A stretch of 63,102 nucleotides of DNA, counting the filler. It is 14 parts of 14 records of this genome, joined end to end, with 100 filler letters (N's around TTAATTAATTAA, not from the genome) between each part and the next. Parts side by side here need not be neighbours in the genome. Positions count along the whole stretch, not along the records: positions 8,532 to 15,110 come from SRR15195285_5022; positions 15,211 to 19,031 come from SRR15195285_5035; positions 19,132 to 22,150 come from SRR15195285_5039; positions 22,251 to 28,553 come from SRR15195285_5045; 10 more parts are not named here. One strand, 5' to 3'. The translations under genes and the position numbers were made by a program. Positions 11,901 to 22,671 of the stretch are shown here, in pieces. The number at the start of each line of letters is the position of its first letter. The stretch's first letter is position 1. The notes below the pieces were generated by a model. It did no database searches. It had not been told where the DNA came from and saw only the letters and a program-made list of their open reading frames with translations.

Positions 11901-12746
11901 CTGCCGACTGTGCCACTGCCTGCTGTGCCATTGAGGACTGTGATACCTGGCAGTGGGAGCTGTCTGCCCCTGCTCCGGTACTTGGTAGAAAGTGACTTTC
12001 TTGTTTGTCCTTGTGTGGCCGAACGTTGATTGCCAATCCAGGCCAGGCTCACTGCAACACGAAACTAATGCACTTTTTGCACGGAGCAGGGACCAGCACC
12101 ACCTACCCCCGTTTCATGGCACAATGCAACTCTGGTCGCCAGAAGCTCGGAGCACAAGGTGCTTGCGACGCACTCGCTGTTTGCGCCATCCAACGACCGT
12201 GGCGGCTACAAGCTGCAGCTGACGATTGACGTACCGTCTGCAACTACTGGTACCGGCAGCGCTTTGCTGATGGACGGTCGCGATACCGCACTCGTGCGCT
12301 GTGCAATCATCGACAGCATGGCTAACGACGCGCTCGTTGCCTCCGCGTCTGATCGAATCACCTGGCGCGTCGTCTCAGGGCCTGGGCGGTTTGCCGGGCA
12401 GTCGAGTGGCAATCGATCCTCGCACACGTGGATGAAGAGTCATTCAGTGGACGCTTACCTCGGCCTGGCACGTGGCATGTTCCGCGTGACGGAGGACTGC
12501 ACTTCAGGTTCTCGCGCCGATTGCGTAACAATCGACGCAGATGCAGGCAAAGGACCGACACAGGTCAAAGCGTCTGGGTGTGATTCGAGCCCGATTGTAG
12601 TCGAAGCTTCCGCTCATGGCTTTGCGCCAGTAAGCATTTCGATTCCGGTGTCAGTGGACGTGGAGAAGGATGGGGTTCTGGGTGTGGCGCGAGCAACTGC
12701 AAGCTTCACGAATGGCTTCAGCTACCTCGACGATTTCGTGGGGTGA
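8954..12746 (+). CDS. Secreted GH2 glycoside hydrolase (beta-galactosidase-like) with Cys-rich PAN/Apple-like inserts, multi-exon
   Basis: Signal peptide; 'WYRKHFTLP', 'HFEGVFH', 'GHWYEGGGVYRPV', 'MVKRDRNHASVIMWSFCN|E' (acid/base across an intron), 'WTLMDYFGEP', 'DFGQFDIAGHPKP'. GT-AG introns near 9415-9539, 10514-10606, 10701-10781, 10873-10963 and 11978-12088. Confidence 0.9.
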
Positions 12747-13108
12747 GCGAAATCTGACAACTGAAACTGGTCGGATTGGCCACCGTATTCAAGGACGCTA
12801 GCTCACCAGGCCCATGAATTTTTCGAAACTGTTGTCCTCAATGAAGTATCGATTCACTCGTGCGGCGCGCCGGCTCCGTCGCGACGGCCACTACTACTAT
12901 TTTCAATTTTCATTCCAAGCAAATCTTATATAGGAACTCTTTGGGGTTGATTCCGACCTGCTGTGGCTTCTTGTTTTGCCTCGGCTTCTTGTGCTGCGGC
13001 TCGTGCCTCGCGCCTGGACTCGGCTTCGGCCGCGTCTGTATCTTGTGCAAGCTGCTGCTCTTGCTCTGCCACAATCATTTCTGACGTTGTGACATTGGGG
13101 GCACAACA

Positions 13109-13586
13109 ATGACGAGGGCCATCATTCCAATTCTTCCGTGACATCATTAGCACTGCTGGTGTTGCTGGAGTTCGTGTTTTACTCGCATCGGTTGCTTCAC
13201 ACATCATGGCTCTATCGCCACGTGCACAAACAGCATCACGCGTTCACTGCACCTGTGGCGCTCTCTGCAATCTGGGCCTACCCAGTTGAGGTCGCCACAT
13301 CTAATGTGCTGGTGCTCAGCCGACTTGTGCTTAACACCCACCTCTTCACGGTTGCAGTGTGGTATATGCTTGTCTGCGGTCAGTGGCATTATTGTGGCTA
13401 CGAACTGTTTCTGCCGCAACACAGCGACTTCCTAGTGCAGCAGCCAGAGTTCCATGACTGGCACCACGACCATGGCGGGGGTGCTCCGGCAGGGGGAAGT
13501 ACGGCACCATTGGAATTTGTGATTGGTTGCACGGCACCGATCGAAACTGGCGGAGGCAACGCAAAGCTGCGAAGGCGAGCCAATGA
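13109..13586 (+). pseudogene. Frameshifted, 5'-truncated fatty-acid hydroxylase / sterol desaturase family fragment (FAXDC2/ERG25-like)
   Basis: His boxes HRLLH, HKQHH and HDWHH are in one frame. The flanking family-like segments '[10 protein letters not shown]' and '[15 protein letters not shown]' are in other frames, with shifts near 13148 and 13495. Confidence 0.75.
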
Positions 13587-13840
13587 TGGAGGCAACCTGT
13601 TGGTTTCTTATTTGTGGCTGGGAGGGTGTCATTGTCGTCATAGAGTACGGTACAAATGAATGCTTTGTGTGCTGTTTTGGTGTATTCCAACATCTTTCTG
13701 TAATCATGCGTGCACGCCACACCACTAGTTTGGAAAAAGCAACCTAGACGATGAACGACCAGTACTGGATGATGAGTACCTAGGTACACAATAGTGACTC
13801 GACCAACACCTATGAGTGCCCTGAAGATTGATGGCTAGCC

Positions 13841-14986
13841 TCAGATTTTCCACGATGCCCACATGTCTTTTTGTATCGGGCAGTCCTCCACGTATCGGCG
13901 TGAGTCGTGCCACCACTGGTTGAAGCCTGAGTTAGGCTGTATTGTCCACGTCCTATCAGGTGGGTTCCCTGTGTCAGTGCGATACGGCCGTTCTTGCTGA
14001 AAGTCAGCAAACATCGCCATGCGTACAACTTCTGGATTGAAATGCTGCCCACCAGAGTGCACCGTGCGCCCATGCATGAAACATACGTCACCGGCTCTGC
14101 CAACGATCTCGGCCGGTTGCGTTGTCGCAATGATGTCCGCGAGCACGGTCGAGTTATCCTCTGTTGGAGACCAGTGCCACTCATCTTCGTGTGCGTAATC
14201 TATATGGCACCAGCATGTGTGAGTCGGGCGTGTGACCAGGCAGCAAAGAGACAACAACTATCGGTTGGCGACCGTACACAGAGGAATATGGCTCCCAGGC
14301 CAGACAGTAAATCCTCCAGAGCTTGGTGGGACATCGTCGACCAGCATCATCACAATAACCTGCGAGTTGCACGTATCGTGGTGTGGCCCAAGACGAGCCG
14401 CCGCCTTGCGATCGCTCTGTGGAAACAAGTTGTAAACTCCCCGAGAGCGCGTCGCCTCCCGGAGGGGCCCACCTACCATCTGCTCAACCACACCAGTGAT
14501 CCAGCTGTTGGCATGTATCATGTCACGGATCCAAGGCTCAAGGCCAGCCTGGTGCCACTTCCAGCCAGGCGAGTTCGCCGTTGCTGTCACATAGTCTGCC
14601 TCATCCCCACGTGGGCGGCACTCGCTCTGCCACGTCTTCAGGAGGTGTGGGTCTGTCCATGTAGCTGTGTCGTCGCGGCGTACGCCTTCCGGAAACGTTG
14701 TCCACAGGTAGTCTTGCAGCCGCTGCAGGGGCGAGGTTGACTGTTCCGTGTACTGGGCGCCACCCCAGCGTTTGAGGACAAATCCATCGCGCTTGAACTC
14801 CTCAATTTGCGCCAGGGTCAGAAGTGGCTCCGCGTCATTTTCATCTGAAGGAAGCAGCAGCCGCGGCGGCGGTGGGCCTGCTGCAGCCTCCTCCTCCGAG
14901 CAGCCGCTGCTGCTGGCAGCACTGTGTCGACGACAGATTGGCGCCCCCAAGCAGATGTGCTCCGTAACACGGCGCAAGCGATCCAT
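13841..14986 (-). CDS. Phytanoyl-CoA dioxygenase (PhyH) family 2OG-Fe(II) oxygenase, 2 exons
   Basis: 'QIEEFKRDGFV', HxD 'PHHD', 'GGFTVWPGSH', 'GRAGDVCFMHGRTVHSG'. An intron at about 14277..14203 restores the frame. Confidence 0.85.
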
Positions 14987-15212
14987 TCCGACCGATTGGA
15001 TTGTATCGATGCCTCCTTGGCGCCAGCTGCAGCTTTGCGCGTCAGCGTGTTGAAACGAATGTGGTGTGCAGTCGGCGATTTGGCCGCTACAATGCGATTC
15101 CGGGGTCGGTNNNNNNNNNNNNNNNNNNNNNNNNNNNNNNNNNNNNNNNNNNNNTTAATTAATTAANNNNNNNNNNNNNNNNNNNNNNNNNNNNNNNNNN
15201 NNNNNNNNNNCA

Positions 15213-17327
15213 GCAGCAGCAGCAGCAGCAGCAGCGGCAAAAGAAGAAGAAGACTCGGTGGCGGTGGGTGAGGGAGGAGCCGGGGGTATGGGCGAGCTGC
15301 GGGGGTGGCTGGAGGAAGGGAGCGGTGGTGCATGCGATGGGCCGAAGCCGCAGTATGCGGTCAGTATGTCGCCACGTGGGGCGTCGGTGCAGGACCGTGC
15401 ATCGGCGAAGCTGGTCCCGGGCTGGGACGCGGCTGTCTGGGAGCCCGAGCCCGAGCCAGAGGTCTTGCTGCCTGGCTCTCGGGGCTCGAACCAGCCGAGC
15501 TGTGCACAGGCGTCCGACAAGCTGGCGCTGCTTTCAGAGATGGAGGGTGGGAATGCGGAGCTGAATGCGCAGCAGTGGCGTCAGGAGCAGCTGCCGGACA
15601 CCTCCGCGGAGCAACCAGCAGGGCGCTCGGATTGGAAGCTGTTCGCCTTGGAGCGCCAGCATGCTAGGAATGCGTCCGCAGCGTACGCTAGAGCCATTCC
15701 GTTGCTGATCTACTCGCGGCTGCCGCTGTCTCAGAGCGACAGCGCGCGCCCTCGGCCAGCTGGTGGCTCCGTCACCTCGTCAACTGTGGCTCTGTACAAG
15801 CCAGGAGCGGGGACGGTGCTGCAGCACGGGGATTACGGCAGGAGGGTCTCTTCGGCGGCTGAAGCCCTCGCCTTCTACGCCAGCGCGCCCAAACAGCATG
15901 GGGTGCTGCAAAATAAGCGCGTGCTCGAGATTGGTGCCGGACTCGGCCTCCCAGGGCTGGCAGTTGCAGTGTGGGCCGATGCCAAGGCGGTCCATCTCAC
16001 TGACGGCGACCCGACAGTTGTGGAGAATTTGCAGCGATCGATCCAGAAGAACAGCGACGATGGCACGTTTGGCACCACAGCTGTGAGTGCATGGCAGCTA
16101 GATTGGGATGTCCCTGCGGCGGCTGTGAGCGAGGAGCAGCAGTACGATATCATCTTGGCGGCTGACACGATCTGCTCCCGCCTCGACGCTCATGATTCGC
16201 ACTCGCCGTTACTCTCGACTGTGCGCAGGTGGCTCAGGCCTGACGGCTTAGTGTTAGTCATGGCTCCGCGAGATCATTGGCTCGAAAGTTTCATGAAGGC
16301 TGCAAACCAAGGGTCGCAAGCGTTTGGTTTCGTTGGCCAGAGCCTTGAGTTCGAAGGAGCAGCTGCGTTTCGCTCCATGAAGTGTGGACCTGTCCTCATC
16401 AAGATGACAAATCCTCGACTGCACCCACACCAGGAGTTCCGGCTAGCAAGAACTAAGGCAGCGGCCACAAGTGCAGCAAGGAGGTCGAGCACTGACGTTT
16501 TCGATGCCAGTAGAGCCAAAGGCAGCCGACGGCGCCGCCGAAAAAATGTTAAGGTAAATGCAGCAGCAGTAGCTGCAGGACACTCCTCCTTGCGGAGGTC
16601 ATCTGACACTGAACATGAGTCTTCCAATGCAACCGAAGACACCACTCTATCGGAGGCTGATCACGAGGCAGCATCCACGTCATGGTCATCGCTCGACACC
16701 TATTCATTGCCTGACGTTCACGATCGCCGGGCAAGGAATTCAGACAGCAGGAGGGCGAGGTCTCGTGGAGACTCTACCACAGCCGAGCACCTTGCGTTGC
16801 CACGGAACGCAACTAGCAGGTTGGCGATGGTGACGACAACGCCAAGCAACCAACCCATAACAGCTGAATGCTCTGTGCTGTCTTACGCACGGACAGATGA
16901 CCGCAGAGACAAGGGTGCCGAGAGCAGACGGACAAAGTCAAGAAATCGAAGCAAAGCTCACACGGCAGTGCAGCTGACAGCCGATACTGTGTTCAGACTA
17001 GTACGGGCGGGTGCAGGCCGCGGCAAACAAAAGTATATGATTGGATCCAGAGGTGTTCTACGGGATTCCAAGAGTTCGGGGCTCGTCCTAGAAACTGGGT
17101 TGATCGACAGTTCATCCACCTGCTTCCTTTCAGTGCAGGAGGCGCAGCCGCAGACACAGCAACAGTTATCACTTCGGATCGTGCCAGGGTTCCCCCATCG
17201 TCCGTTTCAGGTGACATTGGCGGGAGAATCACAGGAAGTCGTGAATGTCTGCGAGACCATCAGGGGCGCAGGCTGTCTGCTGCTCACAGAAAAGCAGCCG
17301 CAGTCAAACAATCTGCTCGCAGTTTAA
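15213..17327 (+). CDS. Class I SAM-dependent protein lysine methyltransferase (Methyltransf_16 / calmodulin-lysine MTase-like) with long low-complexity flanks; 5' partial
   Basis: 'KRVLEIGAGLGLPGLA', 'VHLTDGD', 'LDW', 'YDIILAAD'; the frame is open to the contig start (poly-Ala). Confidence 0.8.
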   Translation, partial: AAAAAAAAAKEEEDSVAVGEGGAGGMGELRGWLEEGSGGACDGPKPQYAVSMSPRGASVQDRASAKLVPGWDAAVWEPEPEPEVLLPGSRGSNQPSCAQASDKLALLSEMEGGNAELNAQQWRQEQLPDTSAEQPAGRSDWKLFALERQHARNASAAYARAIPLLIYSRLPLSQSDSARPRPAGGSVTSSTVALYKPGAGTVLQHGDYGRRVSSAAEALAFYASAPKQHGVLQNKRVLEIGAGLGLPGLAVAVWADAKAVHLTDGDPTVVENLQRSIQKNSDDGTFGTTAVSAWQLDWDVPAAAVSEEQQYDIILAADTICSRLDAHDSHSPLLSTVRRWLRPDGLVLVMAPRDHWLESFMKAANQGSQAFGFVGQSLEFEGAAAFRSMKCGPVLIKMTNPRLHPHQEFRLARTKAAATSAARRSSTDVFDASRAKGSRRRRRKNVKVNAAAVAAGHSSLRRSSDTEHESSNATEDTTLSEADHEAASTSWSSLDTYSLPDVHDRRARNSDSRRARSRGDSTTAEHLALPRNATSRLAMVTTTPSNQPITAECSVLSYARTDDRRDKGAESRRTKSRNRSKAHTAVQLTADTVFRLVRAGAGRGKQKYMIGSRGVLRDSKSSGLVLETGLIDSSSTCFLSVQEAQPQTQQQLSLRIVPGFPHRPFQVTLAGESQEVVNVCETIRGAGCLLLTEKQPQSNNLLAV

Positions 17328-17522
17328 CAGTGGCAATTAAAAGCAACAAAGTGTAGAATTTGAGCATTCAAACATCCACCAGTTGCTCACGGGCACCCCT
17401 CTAGTTATGGGCATTGCGTGGCAGGCCGGCCTTATGCTCTCTACAACGTAGCTGGCGTTCTCAGCAGACTCCAGTGTACAACCTCACCACACTGTCGCGC
17501 TTCACACTGCCATCAGTAGCAC

Positions 17523-18251
17523 CTACCGCTTCGGCGATTTGCTGCGCACTGGTGTTGTGCCATTTGTTCTGGCCTTACTTGCGCCACTGCTTCTGCGTCT
17601 CCGCGGCGTTGTCGGGCGAATGCCCGCTATTGTCTCGTCTATCACACGTATCTCGCCCCTTCTATCCTGCAGAATGGTTTCTATCAAGTCCATCTCCGCC
17701 ACGATGGCTGCGCGCTGCATGCGCAACGCAGCTAGCTGTTCCGCTGTCAGAGTTGCGCACGTTTCTGCAATATGGCCGCCTATTGTTATTGCGTGCGCTG
17801 CTGGATCAACCGCCTCGCCGTCATCCGGGCCGTCTGGCGCGCCTTTTCTGACAGCCTCCACTCGCGACAAGCCGGCGCTCCTTGCCAATGCTGTGTGCGA
17901 TACCAAACCACCGGGTGATGTGGCCGCTACTCCCACAGTGACGTCACGATACGAAGCCGGCGTGTGCGGTATTGCGGCACCACTTGCCCCGCCGGCACTG
18001 CCGCCGCTGCCGCCACCGCTGCCCTTCTTTCGCCGTGGAGATTTACGTCGTCCTGGTGACGCAGCTTTGCTCCGGGAGGGTGATTTCCGCCCGGGCCGCG
18101 GCGGTGTCCGCCACGACCGATCATCATCCTGCACCTTCGGGGTGCCTTTCTTGCGTGCGGTCGCCTTCACCTTGTGCTTAGCCGGTTTCGTGCCGACCTT
18201 AAGGTTGTGGACTGTCTCTGCCCTCGCCTTCCCCACGCCGTGCGCGTGTAC
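17523..18251 (-). CDS. Hypothetical basic, low-complexity protein (last exon; upstream exon probable)
   Basis: 237-aa ORF with SP/RK-rich tracts and a short coiled coil, preceded by a pyrimidine-rich CAG acceptor at about 18252. Confidence 0.5.
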   Translation of the reverse strand, partial: VHAHGVGKARAETVHNLKVGTKPAKHKVKATARKKGTPKVQDDDRSWRTPPRPGRKSPSRSKAASPGRRKSPRRKKGSGGGSGGSAGGASGAAIPHTPASYRDVTVGVAATSPGGLVSHTALARSAGLSRVEAVRKGAPDGPDDGEAVDPAAHAITIGGHIAETCATLTAEQLAALRMQRAAIVAEMDLIETILQDRRGEIRVIDETIAGIRPTTPRRRRSSGASKARTNGTTPVRSKSPKR

Positions 18252-19431
18252 CTGCGAAGCGACGGCTCATGTGTCAGGGTGGCACGAGCTGAGCCCTTTC
18301 AGCATGCGAGCCGTTCAGCAGCGCAATCCTCGCGCACCGACGGTTTTGCCGACGATCCCCATGGTGGATTCGACTCCTGTGCGTCCGCCTGCCATCGTCC
18401 GTGCTGCAGCGTCGCCTTGTCCGTTGGCATGGCTGGCCCAACTCGCCAGTGCAGCAGAGCACACAACTGCACGTTCGTTTCTGAACTGTGCCGATAAGGC
18501 ACGTCTCAGTCTCCCCACTCAAATGACTGGGACTCCCATACTAATGACTGGGGAGGCAGGCGCGGAACGCAAGTACGTATGAAGCGCTGCTCGAGCGACG
18601 TCAGTCAGCTAGCTCCCACTTGCTCAATCCGATCGACTCTGCGGGCAGCCGAACTCGGCGCTGGCGTGCTGGCGAGCAGCAGTGTATAATGCCGTATGCA
18701 CCGCTCGGTGCTACTATAATCGTCCAGCTCTGGCTGCACAGTGCGCCGGCGCCTCCCCGTACTAGTAGCCCGCACGCACCAACGAACACGACAGCGAGCC
18801 CGGCGCGGCGCGCGCGCTCGCCGCTCGCTCGCTCGCGTCCGCGCCCCGGGCGGGCCTATGACAACGTGATTTAGTGGTCGGGCAGATGGCGAACGGTGAG
18901 GAGGGCCGCGCGATGTCGGGTGCGTGTACAGTAGGAATCGTCTGTGTGTGTCGTAGCGGATTGAGAATCAGAGTGGTGAACCTTCGTCGACTGTTTCGAC
19001 CTGCCACGGTGTTGCAAACAGCACTAGTGTGNNNNNNNNNNNNNNNNNNNNNNNNNNNNNNNNNNNNNNNNNNNNTTAATTAATTAANNNNNNNNNNNNN
19101 NNNNNNNNNNNNNNNNNNNNNNNNNNNNNNNCACGGTATTGATCAGTGAGTTTTACATACTAATTACTATACTCCACACGATTCCAACCCAAGGCCGTGG
19201 TACTGGTCGTGTGGAGGGCACCAGGTGGAGGGCAGGGCCAGCCCCCCCCTGAGCTTTCCAGAGGCGCAGCATAGCTGACAGCAGGGCCCCTGTGCTGCTC
19301 ACGGTGGAGCGTTTGAGCTGGCACGCAGAGTGGTGCTGAGCTGGAGGCAGTGTGGCGGTGTTCGGAGCTGTTCCGTCGACGGAGAATCTGAACAGGGCCG
19401 CGCTGGCTCGGGGCGTGGGGGCGGCTTTTCG

Positions 19432-21963
19432 ATGGCTGCGGGCACAGAGATGCGGCGCTCGCTGGACCAGTTCAAAGCATCCGGCCGGTTACGACCTTAC
19501 ACGCCGCTGGCGATCACGCTGGACAAAGCCGATAGTCGCATGCCGCTGACCGCGGCCGAGATTCGGTCAGCCAACCGTGTCTACAGCGCAGAGGTTCAGG
19601 AGGCGCAGAAGGTGGCAGCCGAGGCTCGAGCACACGAGATCATGGCAGAGATGAGGGAACTGAATGCCCGGATGCAGTCGGCTGGACTCCCACGACAGCT
19701 GCTCAGCCAACCGCACCGACGGACTAGCATGCCGACGGGAGAAGACAGTTGGGGATTCGCGTCCCCAGGTCAAGTTCCCGTCCGCGAGCCCGAGCAGGCA
19801 GATGGTCCGACAAGAAGGCAGTCGCGAGCCCGGCGCATCGCAACACCCGAGCTGTTTAACCGATTGTCTATCGAGTCAGCTTCTACGAGCTGGGCAAACG
19901 AAACGACTGGGAGCGTCGACGAAAAGTGGACATCGTTTGGGCTCGGCTCGAACGACCGGCGGCAGACGGATCTGCTGGAGGCTGGCTGCACCCGGCTCTT
20001 ACAGATCTTAGATCCCGGGACCGCGTCGCCGCCGGTGAACGCTTTGCGTACTACGCTGGTGGCAATCGCTGAGCCACTCATGGCTCAGGTCGAACAGCTC
20101 TTGATCGCAGAAGACACTGAAGGCGCGATCTCTGCCCAACAGCAGCTCGTGCTGCGCCTGGCTCAGCGACATTTGTGTGGCCGGCGCGAGGGGTGGCTTG
20201 CCGATGGCGAGGCCGAATCAGCGCACCTACTTCAGCAGCAAGTCTCACAGGCCGTGCGCTGGCAGCTAAGCGCTGCTACGTCTGAAGCGGCTGTCGCGGC
20301 TGGCCTTGGTCCAAAAGCCCCTTCGTGGCTCCAGCAAGCCGCCGAGCTCACCGCCGAGCGAGGCCTCTGGGACGACGATGACGTGCGCCGCGAGCTGCGT
20401 GCTGCAGTTTTTGAAGCGTTCAGTCATAGTGCAGCAGCAAAAGGTCGCCCGGTAGCAGCTCAAAAATGGCTCCGCAAGGCCGTTCACTTGATTGATGGGA
20501 TGTCGATTGCCATGGGCGGCCGCAAGACTGAGCTCGGAGCCGCTGCACACCTCAATCTATGTGCAACCCTATCTGCCGGCGCAAAGCATGCTGAGGCTGT
20601 CCAGCACGCCCTTTCTGCTAGGGAGCAACTACTTTTGCAGCTGGGAATCTTGACGGAATTTCCGGAGCAGCTCGACGAGGAGGTTTACGGTGAAATGTCA
20701 CGCGAAAAACGCGGACAGCTGCCGAACATAAAGGACAGCAAGATTTTTACCAACACGATGAACCGCGTCCGCAAAGCAGTGCAACATGAGGACGCACAGA
20801 ACGGCTCGGGGCAGAGATTCGGGCAGTTGCTAGCTGCAGCATACCATAACTGTGCTGTGCAGCAGGAGGCGTTGGGAGAGCTTCCAGCGGCCCTTGCAAG
20901 CATAACAGTAGCAGTGTCGCTTGCACAAGACATGTTCGTAGGAGATGGATGGGAAGAGGTCACACAACGAAAGCAATATCAGCGCACGCATCGGATGATG
21001 CGAAAGGCAGCGCTCAACAAACCATGGGCGCCTCCCCCTGCTGCTCCACCGCCATCCGCTGGGGCTTCTGCAGATTCTGCGAAAACAGCTGACCAGCCGA
21101 CAGCACCAGTCTTAGCTGTGCAGAGCGAGCCGTCCGTTCTACGACACCGACGAAGAACTGCAGGCAGCGTTGCTGGTGGTCGAAGACGAGCGTCGCCGAA
21201 GCGAAATACTACTGGGAAGGTTGCATTAGCTCCTCTTGACCCCGGCCTGGTCCACAAGAGGCAGAGCCTCGAGATGTTCAAATCGCAAGGGACGCTACGG
21301 CCTTACACTCCGGACGCGATTATGCTCAACAAACCTTTGTCGACAGAGCCCCCCAACACTCCGCCTAAGGCTGTGCCTGTGGACCTCAGCGTGTCTGCCG
21401 ACTACTTGTCTCATGTGCTTGGGCTAGGAGATAGCGAGGGCCGTCCGAGCACAGCGATCGTTCTCGCAGAGGCGAAATCCCAGGTGTTGAAAGAGTCCGA
21501 TAAGCGAGAAGAGCTCGCCTCGGAGGTGCGCGAGACGACGTACAGGCGGTCGCCATCTCCGACGGGGCGTCCAACTGGGTTCGGCACTGCGCCACTGTTC
21601 CCACCAACGGTGCCGCCCTTGGAGCACCCTCCATGGAACCGAGGGCCAGGAAACACGAATCTATCCCGTACGGAGTTCAACGCGTCAAAACGACTTCAGC
21701 AAGAGCAGGAGGGCGCAGCGCGCGATGAACCTCAAGGTCCATCGTGGCTCTCGCAGCATCCGAGCTCTGATCTCCAGCTCGCAGTTGCAGAGAAGGCTGG
21801 ATCAGGGCAGAGCTTGCCCGGGTCGCCTCAGGCGAAGGTTGCATCGGAGTTTACCAGCAAGCTCATCGATGGCGCGTTCACGGCCACGACTGGCTCACCG
21901 TCACCACGGGCAGCAACTGCAATGGCGCATCACGAAGACACCACCGATGACAGGTCTCTGTGA
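19432..21963 (+). CDS. Hypothetical protein with TPR-like helical repeats
   Basis: Long intronless ORF; TPR-like 'AHLNLCATLSAGAKHAEAVQHA' and 'AAYHNCAVQQEALGE'. Confidence 0.7.
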   Translation: MAAGTEMRRSLDQFKASGRLRPYTPLAITLDKADSRMPLTAAEIRSANRVYSAEVQEAQKVAAEARAHEIMAEMRELNARMQSAGLPRQLLSQPHRRTSMPTGEDSWGFASPGQVPVREPEQADGPTRRQSRARRIATPELFNRLSIESASTSWANETTGSVDEKWTSFGLGSNDRRQTDLLEAGCTRLLQILDPGTASPPVNALRTTLVAIAEPLMAQVEQLLIAEDTEGAISAQQQLVLRLAQRHLCGRREGWLADGEAESAHLLQQQVSQAVRWQLSAATSEAAVAAGLGPKAPSWLQQAAELTAERGLWDDDDVRRELRAAVFEAFSHSAAAKGRPVAAQKWLRKAVHLIDGMSIAMGGRKTELGAAAHLNLCATLSAGAKHAEAVQHALSAREQLLLQLGILTEFPEQLDEEVYGEMSREKRGQLPNIKDSKIFTNTMNRVRKAVQHEDAQNGSGQRFGQLLAAAYHNCAVQQEALGELPAALASITVAVSLAQDMFVGDGWEEVTQRKQYQRTHRMMRKAALNKPWAPPPAAPPPSAGASADSAKTADQPTAPVLAVQSEPSVLRHRRRTAGSVAGGRRRASPKRNTTGKVALAPLDPGLVHKRQSLEMFKSQGTLRPYTPDAIMLNKPLSTEPPNTPPKAVPVDLSVSADYLSHVLGLGDSEGRPSTAIVLAEAKSQVLKESDKREELASEVRETTYRRSPSPTGRPTGFGTAPLFPPTVPPLEHPPWNRGPGNTNLSRTEFNASKRLQQEQEGAARDEPQGPSWLSQHPSSDLQLAVAEKAGSGQSLPGSPQAKVASEFTSKLIDGAFTATTGSPSPRAATAMAHHEDTTDDRSL

Positions 21964-22150
21964 AGGATTTTTCTGCGCGCCGACCGCAACAACGACGGGA
22001 GCTTGACGCGAGCGGAGATGATTCTCCGACTTCGAAAAGACTTAGAGCTTCCGAAGCTTCTAATCCTTCCACAGAGGATTGGGGATTCTCAGCGCGGTGC
22101 ATGTGAGTCGGTCTTCCAGGTAATGGATGCCCGACGACAGCAAGGCCATT
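21964..22150 (+). pseudogene. Disrupted EF-hand pair in frame after the stop of the TPR-like gene
   Basis: TGA is followed in frame by 'RIFLRADRNNDGSLTRAEM'. A second loop 'MDADDSKAI' requires removing one C at 22130-22132. Confidence 0.65.
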
Positions 22151-22619
22151 NNNNNNNNNNNNNNNNNNNNNNNNNNNNNNNNNNNNNNNNNNNNTTAATT
22201 AATTAANNNNNNNNNNNNNNNNNNNNNNNNNNNNNNNNNNNNNNNNNNNNGCGTGCGCTCTAGCCCAAACGTCGCATCTACTGTCCTTCATTGCAAATGA
22301 TAGGATATCGCTGACGCTGTGCCTCTCGGTCGCCGTGCGTCCAGCCGCCAGGTCTCCAGGACGGATCGGACGGAGCGCGTGCTCCATCCCAGGCGCAATC
22401 CGGTCCACACGAGCGAATCAAATGCTCAGATCTACAGCGGAGAATGATGATTTCACCTATGATTTCAATACTATTATACTATAGTAGTACAATGGATCAA
22501 CAATCCCACCCGGGACAGCTGTCCATCATAACTCGTGAACGGACCCGGGAATTCGAGTTGCTCGAGTTGCTGGCTTCGGGAGCCCCCGGACTGTAGTCTG
22601 TACTACGGTACACCGGATA

Positions 22620-22671
22620 CAGCTGTACTCCCAGTACAGCTGTACTGGTACGGTACCCGCGGGTACCCGCG
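22620..22671. repeat. Cluster of overlapping perfect palindromes
   Basis: cagctgtact-ccc-agtacagctg (22620-22642), ccagtacagctgtactgg (22631-22648), ggtacccgcgggtacc (22652-22667), cgcgggtacccgcg (22658-22671). Confidence 0.85.

Noticed and set aside
21961..21963. Selenocysteine or alternative genetic code (TGA readthrough)
   Set aside because: The position is not a Cys-type site, a frameshift follows downstream, and TGA is the normal stop of several other genes here (GH10, GH2, RAD16-like, sulfatase).
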